A stretch of DNA of 64,000 nt from Octopus vulgaris (GCA_951406725.2 OX597835.1:4340001-4404000); one strand, 5' to 3'; counted from the stretch's first letter, positions 27,605 to 43,286 are shown. Notes: generated from the sequence alone by a model not told the origin. Numbers and translations are program-made.

Positions 27605-28450
27605 TGTTTTCAGGCTAAATTTGACAGTTTGCATAAAAGGAAACAATATCTCATCTCAAAATTAAAGTATCTAAGAAAAACCAAAACGTATCAACTAGAT
27701 TATGGCCAAGAGATAAGTGTTCACTCAAAGCAGTCAGTTTACTCAGTTTCCATCATGGTCAGCTGATAGCTCCGGAACCTGGAACATACGTTCCTCACTG
27801 TGTCCTTGAGAAGATCTTTGAACACCTCATTGATCTTGCCCAACAGTTTGGCTTTGGTATTGTAGGCGGAGTGATAGGTGTCGTTCTCAACCGCGCCACA
27901 CACATAGTGACCCATGGGATTACAGCTTGGGGAATTAAGGCTAGAAAATGAAGCTAGCGAAGTCGAGGAAATTCTCTGTCAACCATTTCTGACTCTTTCT
28001 GGGGACATGGCAAGGAGTCGAATCCTGCTGTCACACATATAGCCTTCTGGCAGCAACATTCTCTATTCAGGGTTTGACCAGTTTCCAGCAGCTTAACAAA
28101 GCAGTCTAAATTGAGGTTAATACCCTGTTCAAATATGCCGAGATGAACTGAGGCGTGCAGCTGAAGTCAGAACGCCTACTGTGTCCCTTTCTGCTGACCA
28201 CGGCTTAGTAATCTCCGATGCAGCTGTCCGAATCATGTCTTACCATCTTTACAGTATCCACAGAGAACTGAGCAGCAGTTGCGGATGCCACCGATATACG
28301 AAGTTCCCTATCTTATCGTTAACGTCACGAGACTGGGTGCTAACATTTTTGGTCGATGACCGAGGAAGGATGGGGTCCATGTGTCTGTCCTACGTGTACG
28401 TTTTGTAGTATTTAATGAATTATGTATAGCTGTAGGTCAACAAAGCAACC
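27605..28450 (-). mobile_element. Decayed maT/DD37D-like transposon
   Basis: Minus strand reads V*QQDSTPCH ... NSPSCNPMGHYVCGAVE; the second and third catalytic positions are ~112 nt apart (about 37 codons); homologous to 2414-2822. Confidence 0.7.
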
Positions 28451-28799
28451 AATGGTTTCATGTGCAGTGATCTTCACAATTGTTCGAGCGTGTCACAATA
28501 TAAGCATACATATATGCATTTACTGTTGAATATATAGGCTCATATTTGCTTTTTGCCGCAACACTGTCAACTCCTCCCTCTTGGCTCTATTCTATTCTAT
28601 CACTTTTCGCTTTCTTTTCTTTCCGTTTCGGTGTTTGTGTCTATGCATATTCTTTTCTCTTATCCTCTCGCCTCTCTCCACTCTCTTCTCTCCTCCCTTC
28701 AACGCTTTCTTTCTGTCACTACTCCTCATGTTGCCTCGTACTTCCTTTCTCTGTGTTTCCCGTCTTATCGTCTGCTTCCTTCTTACCACCACCATATCC

Positions 28800-28927
28800 A
28801 ACATCACCATCATCACCATCATGCCACCACCACAAGCTGCACCACCACCACCACCGTGTCGTCATCGTCATCAACATCATCATCATCATCATCATCATCG
28901 TCGTCGTCATCATCGTCATCATCGTCG

Positions 28928-28990
<63 letters not shown>

Positions 28991-29040
28991 ACATCATCAC
29001 CACCATCATCATCATCATCATCATCCTTCATACCATCATT
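28800..29040. repeat. (CAT)n/(CAC)n microsatellite
   Basis: Directly visible; source of the poly-H/S/I/D ORFs. Confidence 0.95.
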
Positions 29041-29358
29041 GCCTCTATCGCCATCTTTCTTTTGCATCCTTCGTGTTCCGCTCCTCCACCCTGCATTTTG
29101 CTCTACCCCTCCTCCACCGCCCCATCCACCACTTCACCTGCCCACCCCTACACACCCGCCACTACAATTCTCATCTATCTGTCTTATTAGTAATGCAGTT
29201 CAGCATGGATTTCAACACGGGGCAACAATCACTTCCGGAAGTACTCTGTGCGGCGGCGCGTGATGGAGAAAGAGAGAGAGGGCAAGTTAATGAAAAGCTC
29301 AGTGTTTACAACACATGTATACACACATCTATATAAATACATACATATTTATATATGC

Positions 29359-29443
<85 letters not shown>

Positions 29444-29499
29444 ACACAAACATGCACACATACACACACATATATAGAAATATATAGATATATACATAC

Positions 29500-29562
<63 letters not shown>

Positions 29563-29819
29563 TATATTCACACACACACATATATATATACACCTCTAGC
29601 TCTGTCTCTTCACACAATAGTAACATTGATAGCCTGTGCAGCTGTTTAACACATGGACCGCTACTCTTACATACTTCATCTCCTCTTCACTCCTCCTCCT
29701 CCTCTTCCTTTTCACCATCAACACAATAATATCCCACAAATATACTTCTTTTTATATACATCTGCATGCATACATACATTACTTACACTCATACAGAATC
29801 TCTCACACAAACACGAATG

Positions 29820-29911
<92 letters not shown>

Positions 29912-29951
29912 CATATATATATATTTATTTATATATATATGTATATATATG

Positions 29952-30023
<72 letters not shown>

Positions 30024-30045
30024 AATAATATATATATATGCATAC

Positions 30046-30088
<43 letters not shown>

Positions 30089-31307
30089 GACGTATGCAGA
30101 TACGTATGCGTATGTGTCTATGTTTGTATGCACGAACATACATACCTATATATGTGTCTTTGTGTATGTGTGTACTTTTATATGTATGTGTGTGTGTGTA
30201 TTGTAAAATAATTTCTATTTCATTAATTAAATAATACTTAATACAGACGCAAATTATATAATCTGCTATAGGTCAGACTATGCAAGAAATATGTGTGTGT
30301 GTATTTATACATAATCACACACACACACACACCATACACACGCATGTAGACATGTGTGTGGTGCGTGGGTATGTGTTGTGTATGCACTAACATATATGCG
30401 TATTTGTTTGTGTGTGTGTGTGTGTGATTGTGCTTGCTGTGTGCATGCATGTGTGTGTGTGTACAGTGTTGTTCTATGGTTTGTTTTGCTAACGTGACAG
30501 ACGTCATACAAAGTCAAGCACTTATTTCTTCGGCGTTCAAAGATGCTCCATCCATGTCTTACCAGTTTATTTTTTTCGTCTTTGTTTAAAGACAAGTGTG
30601 TTATTCCCGAATAATTGAACAGCTAATACAGGCGTGTCAGGTGACTACGCAGAACCTCCTTCATTGGTTGGTTCATCTGCCTGTTATACATTCACTGATG
30701 CAACCTGGTGGACTCACTACGACGACCTTACTTCAAACGGTTATCAGGTTTCTCTGTCCGTCGATGTTTAATGCAGTGTTGTTGTTTGTTATTGTTGTTG
30801 CTTTTGTTTTTGGTCGTTGGTGGTGTTTTTGATAATCTAAATAACATGGCAGCAATGTGACTGAGGTATTGGAGACTCAGAATTACTTGTAGCACCTGTT
30901 TTGGCCTTTGGGCCTCTGAATTCAAATCCCTCTTTCAATGTTCTCAGCAGAACTAGATCTGGTTCTGCGCCTGGTTCCTTTTTGACGTATGGCATTTGCT
31001 TGATCATTCTTAAATTTTAACTTTGTTCGCATACTTCATATACTGCTTTTGTACAGAAAAGCACCATTTCCTTCGCTCTATTGCATGGCCTTGATATATT
31101 TCTGTCCTTAAATACATCTTCAGCGCACAAAAAAAAAAAACGCATCACTGAACGTTGATTTTTTTTACTAGAGAAGAAAACGAAAGCGGAGCGGCTCTGG
31201 TTGCCGTATGAACTACGACAGCATCATTGTCGCTTCAAGTTCAAACCAGTAACGAAGTGACGAGGTACCACGTTTCATGAGGGATCACATAACTTACTTA
31301 CCTATTA

Positions 31308-31598
31308 ACACTTCTGCTCCAGAGCGTCGGCTGCGGGGTCATTCCGAAAAGCTCTATCTGCGATGATTTCATCTCAATCGAAGGAGAGGGGCATTCTCCG
31401 TCCGGGTTGAGGATCTGTGGAATATGCTGCCAGAAGAGATGGTGAAGATGCCGACGACCGCTCGGTTCAAAGTCTCCCTTGACCTCAAGTGGCCTGAACT
31501 CTTTACATGAACACCACCCTATACATAACTCTATGTCCCCCTACATGGCCTTGCTTTTTGCTTTTTGAGCCAAAAAAATAACTAACTAACTAACTAAC
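31308..31598 (+). mobile_element. CR1-group LINE 3' end, copy 2, (TAAC)n tail
   Basis: Highly similar to 7803-8085; retains 23 nt that are deleted in copy 1. Confidence 0.85.
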
Positions 31599-33117
31599 AG
31601 GGAAAGCAAAAAAGAAAATCTTTCTACATTGCGGATAATTGATGACTCGTACTCATATTTGTGTGTGTCTGAATATATGTATGTATCTTTGCGTGTATGT
31701 AGACAAGTGTGTATGTGTGATGTGTGTGTGTATGTGTGTGTGTTAGAAATGTTCCCCTGCAAGAATGCATATTAACGTTTTCTGTTTGTCTATTGTTCTA
31801 CTCGTTGAACCTGGTTTACAGTCCCCCTCCCCCCGGTTCAGCTGAAGTCGATGGGGTTAATGTTCGGGTTTAAACAATTGCAGGCTAACACTTCCGAGAG
31901 AGACGTTAGCAAGGACAAAATGCCAAAGTAATAAAGTTCTGAAAACGAAGGAGCAGATATGGTGCTTAACGGTGGGGACAAGGGCTTGGACACCACAAGA
32001 GAGACAGCAGCGGGGATGGGAAATGAGCAGCTGAGAAGCGCCAGAGGGAATGGCGGTATAAGACCAACCAGTTCTAAGAAATAAAGGTCATTATATTTGC
32101 GAGAGAAAAGAGAGAAAAGACAGCACTCCTGTTGGCCAGAGACTAGATTGGTTCGTTATGGTAAATAAAATTATAATTATCATAATCGTTATTAACATTA
32201 TCATTATCTACAGTTAATTAGTTTTATCGCAATTTCATATTTTTTACTCATAATGATTATGTTTATCCTTGCTTTTGTGTTTCACCATTTTTTCCACTTG
32301 CTTCTAACCGGAAGTGGTAGAATATTGCAACATAATTGGACATACTGCACCCAGTGCACTGACTGCATGCAGAACAGATTAGATTTAATGCTTCCTCCAC
32401 ACCTCTTTTCCTCATATTTCGCTGTTCTTTAAGCTCTTTTATGCTGCATTATGGTACCCCAACATATTCATCATATCGCTATTCGCGAAATAGCTCCAGT
32501 AACTTCCGGTTTCCTGTAAATCGACATTTTTCGGTAGATTTTCGATTACGCTTTTAATAACAATAACAGCAACAACAACAATAAGGGGCGGTTAATGTTT
32601 TGTCATGTGTGTGAGTGTGTGCGTGTGTGTGTGTGTGTGAGTGTGTGCATTAAATAAAACAAACCCCGTCAAGAGTTGTAATATTTTGTTAACTTGAAGA
32701 AAGAGTACCTTAAAGTTGCTGTGTGGGATGAAATATCTAAAGTTTCGACCGACTCCTTTTTCATTCTTATGGTAACAGTAAAGGGACGAGGAAATATAGC
32801 TTTAGAGGGGATGTGAAGCAGGAACTGATAGAAGAATATGTGTATACATATATATAACCAAACATGCATACATACGTACGTACGTACATACATATATACA
32901 TACATACATACATACATACATACATACATACATGCATACATACATACATGCATGCATACATACATACATACATACACATACATACATACGTGCATACATG
33001 CATATATGCATGCATACATACATACATACATACATACATACATACATACATACATACATACATACATACAAACATACATACATACATGCATACATACATT
33101 TCTATTCTTTTATTCGC

Positions 33118-33350
33118 AGCGGCGGATGAAATACCTATTTCTTTACTACCCACAAGGGGCTAAACGTAGAGGGGACAAACAAGGACAGACAAAGGGATTA
33201 AGTTATTTACATCGACCCCAGTACGTAACTGGAACTATTTATATTGACCCCGAAAGGATGAAAGGCAAAGTTGATCTCGGCGGAATTTGCACTCAGAACG
33301 TAACGGCAGACAAAATACGGCTACGCATTTCTTCTGCCAGCTCTCCACCT
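33118..33350 (-). mobile_element. SINE family A
   Basis: Family A sequence; its 3' end runs into the start of a second unit. Confidence 0.85.
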
Positions 33351-33359
33351 TACGATATA

Positions 33360-34330
33360 AATCTACCATAATATATAAAGTACATGGAATAAATAGATGT
33401 AAAATCTGAATATTTGGAATTACAATAACATATTAAGACAACTTAATATGTTAGAACAAGGAAGAAGGATGTTAACGAAAGCTTGAATTGTTAATATGGA
33501 ATGTAAGTTTGAAATGTATAAGGCTTAAGGGGATGCGGGGATAAGAGCGGGGGTGGGATGAATACAAAGGTAAGTATAATGAATATGAATTAAGATATTA
33601 GTTATGAAGTGTATTAAGTAGGGAAAAGTGAAGTGGAGAAAATTAAATTTAAAAATATTAATGTAATAGGATTAGTGAAAATTATTGTATAGTATATAGG
33701 ATTAAGAGTTCTATAAATGCCCAATCTAGGGTTATTAGTAAGGCCGTTAATATTGGTGATTCTATTTTTTTATAACATACATTGAGGGGAAGATATTCTA
33801 AAGGAGTAAATCAAAGCAAAAGGAAGGTTCTGAAACGAACAATTTGTAATGAATGAATGTCAAAGAAATACTTAATTATTATTATTATTATTATTATTAT
33901 TATTGTTTATATTTTTGAGCAACGATATACAAATTAGTAGCTCTGGTGAATATGGGCAGTAAATGATGTGTTTCATTGATTTATCCTGGTTTTCCGGATA
34001 CGGGAGTGTGTGTTGTTCGTAAAATATAGCTGTCCTGATTAAGTAATAAGTTGGAAGCATTTATGTTTCTAAAAGCGTATCTGTGTTGATGAAACCTTAC
34101 TTTAAATGATTGGCTGATAATTCAAGGCAGAATATTTATGTAGAATTTGTGTTAACAATGAAGTAAAATTAATAATTTGTAAGACAAATTGAATCTTCCT
34201 AATAGGTGTTGAATACTTTAGATTGCCTTATATTTTAAATATATATTGATTCATGTATAAATAATGCATAATACTAAACACTTTAAAAATGGAAAATCTT
34301 ATATTTTGTACGATATATATCAAAACACTT
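33360..34330 (-). mobile_element. Highly decayed Penelope-like element (GIY-YIG endonuclease relic and AT-rich flank)
   Basis: Minus strand ~34110-34066 reads SFKVRFHQHRYAFRN, matching the FKxRxxxHxxSF helix of PLE GIY-YIG endonucleases; boundaries are approximate. Confidence 0.45.
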
Positions 34331-34408
34331 CTATTGCAGAACTCAATAATTCTTTGCTTATCATGAATGTGCAATTGAGTATATTTGCATAAATGTGTGT
34401 ATTCTTGT

Positions 34409-34473
<65 letters not shown>

Positions 34474-34516
34474 CATTTACATATATACATATATATTTGA
34501 AATATGTATAAATGCG

Positions 34517-34570
<54 letters not shown>

Positions 34571-34728
34571 TCTCTATGTATCTACACACACAAGTAAATA
34601 TATATGTGATGATTCACTTGACTGGAACTTCAGGTTACACCTTTTGGGTTTATCAAACAAGTTGACTTGTGCAATTAGGTTGTATATACGTATACATGTC
34701 TATAACTGTGCGTATGTGCATGATTGAA

Positions 34729-34763
<35 letters not shown>

Positions 34764-34802
34764 GTGTGTGTGAATATTGTTAAAACTCGACAATAAATGA
34801 AT

Positions 34803-35025
34803 CAGTTACGACGACGAGGGTTCCAGTTGATCCAATCAACGGAACAGCCTGCTCGTTAAAATAAACGTGCAAGTGGCTGAGTACTCCACAGACACACGCA
34901 CCTATTATGTAGTTCTCAAGGAGATGCAGTATGATACTGAAAGTGACAAGGCCGGCCCTTTGACATACAGGTAGAAATCATTTTTTCTACCTGAATGGAT
35001 TGCAGCAACGTAAAATAGAATGACA
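34803..35025 (-). mobile_element. SINE fragment related to family C with a different 3' tail
   Basis: CTGAATGGATTGCAGCAACGTAAAATA resembles family C CTGAGTGAACTGGAGCAACGTGAAATA; the rest is distinct. Confidence 0.5.
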
Positions 35026-35072
35026 CAATGACACAATGAACTACCAGGAATGAACTCACGGCCTTCACGTAC

Positions 35073-35117
<45 letters not shown>

Positions 35118-35406
35118 CATATATACATATATACATACACATATATATACATATATACATACATATATATATATATATATATACATATATACATACATAT
35201 ATATATATATATAATATAATATATATATATATGTATACATATATACGACGGGCTTCTTTCAGTTTCTATCTACCAAATCCACTCACAAGGCTTTGATCGG
35301 CCCGAGGCTATAGTAGAAGACACTTCCCCAAGTTGCCACGCAGTGGGACTGAACCCGGAACCATGGGGTTCGTAAGCAAGCTACTTACCACACAACCACT
35401 CCTATG

Positions 35407-35454
<48 letters not shown>

Positions 35455-35468
35455 CATACATACATACA

Positions 35469-35500
<32 letters not shown>

Positions 35501-35892
35501 AACATGCATATATTATATTATATTATTTTATGTTGTTATATATTTTGCATTCAGCGTTATAATTGCTTCTTTTCACCTCACTCTCATTCTCTCTTTCTTA
35601 CTTTTCCTCCAGTTTGTCTGTCTGTCTGTCTGTCTCTGTCTGTCTGTCTGTCTCTGTCTTTGTCTCTCTCTACCGCTTCAGTCTTTTTCTCTTCCTTTGG
35701 TGTCTCTTGCCTTCATTTCTGTATTCGTTACCTCGTTTACACTCCATTGCAAACTAGTCCAGGGTTTTTTTTCTTCTGGAGCCTCGATTTAGTCAAAGAC
35801 CAATGAAAGACAAGCAAATACACAACGAATATGAAACATGGTGGAAAACTTATTGTGATGTATTTAGAGAGAGAGAGAGAGAGAGAGGAGGA

Positions 35893-35933
<41 letters not shown>

Positions 35934-36323
35934 CCAAGACATAATGGGAAATATTGTTTGTTGTTTCGTGTTATAAAAGATTGTCGTTATTTGTAGGAAG
36001 AGGTTGAAGGGAGGACGGAGGAGGCAGAGTTTAGATTTAGCGATCGGTTTAGGGTCGAGGCGGCTAAGGAGAAAAACAAGCAAAATAAATACACTGACTG
36101 ACATACGCATACGCACACGTTGGCAAACTCACACCTACACACGGATACACACACACACAGGGACACAGGGACGCATGCACATGCACACACATGCACACAC
36201 AGGGACGCACGCATACACACACACATACCCGTAAAATAGCTTCAAAAATAATAATTATTATTATGATTGTATCGTTTTGTCTATTTGCTGACGTCTGTGA
36301 TTGACGAACATGTTATGGATATG

Positions 36324-36387
<64 letters not shown>

Positions 36388-36480
36388 GGAGAGAGGAGAA
36401 AGAGCGTGCGCGCAAATATATGTGCACAGTCATACATATATATTTATGAACAAGAATCATCGACATTCAAGCGTGTAAAA

Positions 36481-36512
<32 letters not shown>

Positions 36513-36567
36513 ACAGACACACACACACAGACGCACGCACACACACACACGCGCGCGCGCACTCACT

Positions 36568-36764
36568 CCCATTTGTTTTAGGCCGCTGAAATCTACAAGT
36601 TTTTTTTTCATTCTCTCTCTGTTTTTCTCTTATTCCTTTCTGTTAAAGAGCATAAGTTCGAAACGTAAAAGACTTGTTCATCTTTCTCGAGCGTCAAACT
36701 AACACACTTGCTTGTTGTTCATACACCTGTCTTCGTCTTTTGTTTTTCTATAAATTTCAACTGT
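36568..36764 (+). repeat. Family H1, copy 3
   Basis: CTTT-CTGTTAA-A-GAGC-ATAA-GTTC-GAAAC-GTA-AAAGA at 36636-36672 plus the shared 3' flank. Confidence 0.7.
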
Positions 36765-37458
36765 ATATATATATATATATATAGTTTTATTTATAGAAGT
36801 ATATGCACACATATATGCATGCATATAGATATATATACATATATATCGATATCCTTTGTTTGCACTCTTTATGTATGTGTGTGGTGTGTGTGTCTGTGTG
36901 TGTGCGTGTGAATATATATATTAACGATTTTTTTATACGAGAATATATGTATACATACGCACATATACATACAGCGACATAAAGTCAGCCTCATCCCACT
37001 CCCAATCGCAAGCGTGAAAATCCAAACCGAAAAAGAACTCGTCATGTTTAGGTCTAACACGCCGCCATGTAGACACGATGTATTACAATATTATTTTGTT
37101 ATTACAGCACAAGATAATCACAAAGGCACAGCTCACGCCATAAAACCTTTCAATCCATACAAAGATATTTGCGCGGCGTATATAGACACTAGCACCGGAT
37201 CCAAACGGAAGCACACACTCACGTACACAATCGTAAGAACACACGTATTGTAAAGAAATTCATGCATACATTCATACATACACACGCATATTTATGTACA
37301 CATATATAGGAATACACACACACAAGCACGCACGCACGCACGCACGCACGTACGCACGCACGCACGCACGTACGCACGCACGCACGCACGTACGCACATG
37401 AATATCCGTGTAGATCCGTATTTATATCTTCAAGTACATATACCTATGTGCGCACTGT

Positions 37459-37519
<61 letters not shown>

Positions 37520-37585
37520 ATCTATATCTATATAAATACACACGCACACACGAACATATATATATATATGTTATAACCTTCCCGT

Positions 37586-37618
<33 letters not shown>

Positions 37619-37824
37619 CAATGCGTACAGGGATACATACATACACATACATATACATATATATATATACACACACACACACATTCATACATATAGTCAC
37701 GCTCACTGTGTTTGGATATCTACTTACCACGTTTTACGAAATGTAAACAAAAATGAGAAATTGTTTAAGCAATCCGTGAAACACACTCGCTATTCACCTA
37801 CTCATACACACTCATATACACACA

Positions 37825-37912
<88 letters not shown>

Positions 37913-38839
37913 GCACACACACAAACACATAACAAAGGTAAACTAAATAAACATGAGTTAAATGTAAAATGGATTAAAACAACTCTGACTCCTAAAGAAA
38001 CATTTTCCGTCTTTGGATAAATATTTCTTTTACGTACTTTCACTTTACACATTCTATACCCACAACACATTAACACTCTACACCCTTTCTTGCAATCAAC
38101 ACGCTTACACTTTACACACGCTTTAAGTGTTATTCAAGTGTACATTATACAATTAGTAGCTATTCTTTCACTCTCTAACATTGTTTATACAAACACATAC
38201 ATATATACACATAAGGTGTATCAACAAAGCACTTCGTATACATACATAAGCACTATCTAAACTACGTCTCCATACACGTACGCATACGGACATACACACG
38301 TCTATATATGCAGCGAAAGAGAGAAAGAGAGAGAAAAAGAGAGAGAGTAATAGTAGTAGTAGTAGTAGTAGTAATAGTAAATACAACTTATACACTTGTT
38401 TATATATATATATATATTTATATATATATGTATGTATGTATTATGTATGTATGTATGTATGTATGTATGTATGTATGTATATGTATGAAATTGTGTGTGT
38501 ATAAAGGGGAGTTAGAAGACTAATTCGAGCTGACTTCTGAAGGTGGGTGGCACTGCCCCCGGATGTGGGGGTGTTGGGGAGATCTAATAGCAAATTTTGT
38601 ATGGTACTGGGGCCGAAAGGGGCGGGTCCCTAAAAGCATCTGTTCTATTATTTTAGGGTTTGTCTCTTATTTAAAGAATTAAGTTGAAAACGAATTGCCA
38701 AGATGCATTATAAGGAGTTGACTGTTAATTACAGTTACAACAACAACGATATCAGCAATAATAATAAACTTCGAAATGTGAAATAATTAAAAAAAATAAT
38801 ACAAAAAGATATATATATATATAATATATATATAAATAT

Positions 38840-40790
<1,951 letters not shown>

Positions 40791-41020
40791 TCACAGTATT
40801 TAACTTGTAGCTTATTTGTAGATCCCAGAGGGATGAAATTCAAAGTTAACTTCAGCAGAATTTGAAACCAAAATGTGAAGAACAGAACAAATATTGCTTG
40901 GTGTTTTGTCTGGCGCTTCAGTGATTTTGCCATTGTACCATCCTTATGAGGTCACAATAAAACCGGAACGTGTCAGAGGTTGTATCCCTTGTTTGCTGAA
41001 AACAAAAACTAAAGACAATG

Positions 41021-41138
41021 TTTCTTCTTCTTCTTCTTCTTCTTCTTCTTCTTCTTCTTCTTCTTCTTCTTCTTCTTCTTCTTCTTCTTCTTCTTCTTCT
41101 TCTTCTTCTTCTTCTTCTTCTTCTTCTTCTTCTTCTTC
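41021..41138. repeat. Pure (TTC)n microsatellite
   Basis: Directly visible. Confidence 0.97.
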
Positions 41139-41154
41139 ATCTTACGTTATGTGA

Positions 41155-41432
41155 AAAGAAAAAAAAATTAAAATACAGGTGTAGTAATCGTTCTCATATC
41201 GACAACCCTCTTCTCAATACATGTGACGTACCAGCTAAAACAATCTTTTGCACTTCTTACAAGGAATGGTAAGCCAGGATCATTCTCAAATAATTTTCAC
41301 TTCCTTTCTAGATCATTCCTAGTGCTCCTACAATCAGTGGTATTGTAACCTTCTTGGGATGCCACATTTGTTTTCAATTTCAATGAGCAAATCTTTATAT
41401 TTTCTGAGTTTCTCACATTCTTTGGCCGATAT
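41155..41432 (-). mobile_element. R4/Dong-like LINE 3' fragment (restriction-like endonuclease C-terminus)
   Basis: Minus translation AKECEKLRKYKDLLIEI / MWHPKKVTIPLIVGALGMI / EVQKIVLAGTSHVLRR matches the KExEKxxKY...P.VIGALG...QK..L.GT..ILR pattern; the 5' junction abuts a short ATA repeat. Confidence 0.8.
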
Positions 41433-41977
41433 AATAATAATAGATCTTCAACCTCTCCATCTTGTTTCGACAAATACGCCTCTTCAATGTACTGTTCACG
41501 TTTAAAGGCAAAATTTGGTAATTGTTGTACAGATCGGAAAGAAAGCCAAGCAGTAATAAAACGGAATGTAATTATTTCGAGGAATCAGTTAAAATATTAT
41601 AGTGTTTCAGTTAATTAATTAAATGTTTTGCGACTATGCAAACTGGAGCAAAACAAACGACTTCTATTCTGTATACTGTTAATTAGCATCAATTACTATA
41701 TTGTCTTTGAAGTCGATCTCTGATGAAGCAGCTAAAACAACTGAGATTGGTGAGGCCAATCTACAGGTGATGGCCACAGAGACGAATTGGTGTAAGAGCA
41801 ACACTTAGTTCTCACAACGTGGCTGAAACTGAGTTGACCAAAATCACAAACGTGTGCTTATCTAAACGCCGTCGATTGCTAAGCTAATGCACACACACAC
41901 ACATGCACACACACAAACACACATACACACACACACACACACACAGACACACACATGAGGAGCCTCCGAACGAGGTG

Positions 41978-42398
41978 CTTCACATTGTCGTGCAGCTACC
42001 GTTTATACCTCATTCAGAGATTTATTATTGTTTGTTTACACTTTTTCGAGATCAGTGACTTTTCGTCACCGGAAAAAGGATAAATGTATTTGCATTGAGA
42101 GCCACTTCGCATCGAAGATCGGTGATTGTCGTGCGCTGACGACGGGTAAATACTCAGAAACCCGGGTCCGTGCGTATCACGTCAGGTCGACGATGGGATG
42201 GATGGCTTCCCTTTGCAAATACTGATAGAGCACAGAAAGTATGTCAATAGCCAGCTGGAGAAGATGTTCTCCTGGGGCTACAAGCTACAGTAGCATTCAC
42301 CTTTAGTGGTTAGCCACATTTAAGTGGCAAATATACTTCACATTGTCGTGCAGCTACTGTTTATACCTCGTTCAGAGATTTATTATTGTATGTATACA
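41978..42398 (+). mobile_element. Candidate non-LTR retrozyme / PLE-type partial tandem (358-nt unit, 1.18 copies)
   Basis: 63-bp direct repeats 41978-42040 and 42336-42398 (59/63 identical) enclose a non-coding, heavily base-paired sequence with a hammerhead. Confidence 0.65.
42122..42180 (+). ncRNA. Type I hammerhead ribozyme motif
   Basis: Stem I GTGAT..CGTGCG / CGTGCG.ATCAC; core CTGACGA (42136-42142); stem II GGGT-AAAT-ACTC; GAAA (42157-42160); palindromic stem III ACCCGGGT; GUC cleavage triplet ending at 42168. Confidence 0.7.
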
Positions 42399-42957
42399 TT
42401 GATAGATATATATATATACATACATATATACATATATGTGTGTGTGTGTGCTCATGTGTGTGTGTGTGTGTGGACTCATGGGAATGTTAGTTAACGCTAG
42501 TATGTAATCCTATTCTATAAAATTCATCTGAGGATGTAACTGAACGAAACCAGCAACCAGCAACCAGCCGACGATTCTGATCAGTCGAACAAGCCAAGCC
42601 GTCTATTTGTCTGTCTGCCTGCCTGCATGCCTGTCTGTCTGTCTGTCAGCCGGGCACTCAGTGAGGCAACTAAGCGGAAAGCTACCTAAACTGTAATCTT
42701 TATCAAGAGTAGACAGTTGTAGAATCCTGCTAACTAATCTGTATATTAATAGTTTATAGAGTTATTAATCTTTAGACATGTGTGTGTTGCATATTTATAT
42801 TTTCAACTAAGCAACGTGGATATATAAATAGTTGGGGGATTTAAAACTGTTATTATTCTGATAAGATGACACCATACGTTGGATAAAAGACTATGAGTGT
42901 TTAGAAAACGGGGTACATGATGCCAGGGAAACAGTATATATACATACATACATACAC

Positions 42958-43011
<54 letters not shown>

Positions 43012-43169
43012 GCACAAATATAAAGGGAGAGAAAGAGAGGGTTAGAGAGACAGTGTGGTGAAAAGGTGTGTGGGGGCTTGTTTCTTTGTGCCTAAGTGCA
43101 TAGAAAAATCCACCAGACAGGTATGGCTGAAGTAGTAATTTGCTTCTACTTGACTGCACACAGACACGG

Positions 43170-43286
<117 letters not shown>

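Noticed and set aside
32306-32511. AACCGGAAGT / ACTTCCGGTT inverted pair (ETS-like site or transposon subterminal motif)
   Set aside because: Only 10 bp, with no TSD or second copy; cannot be told from chance.
42528-42555. CTGAGGA-T-GT..AC-GAAAC hammerhead-like motif
   Set aside because: No NUH triplet or stem I; stem II is only 2 bp.
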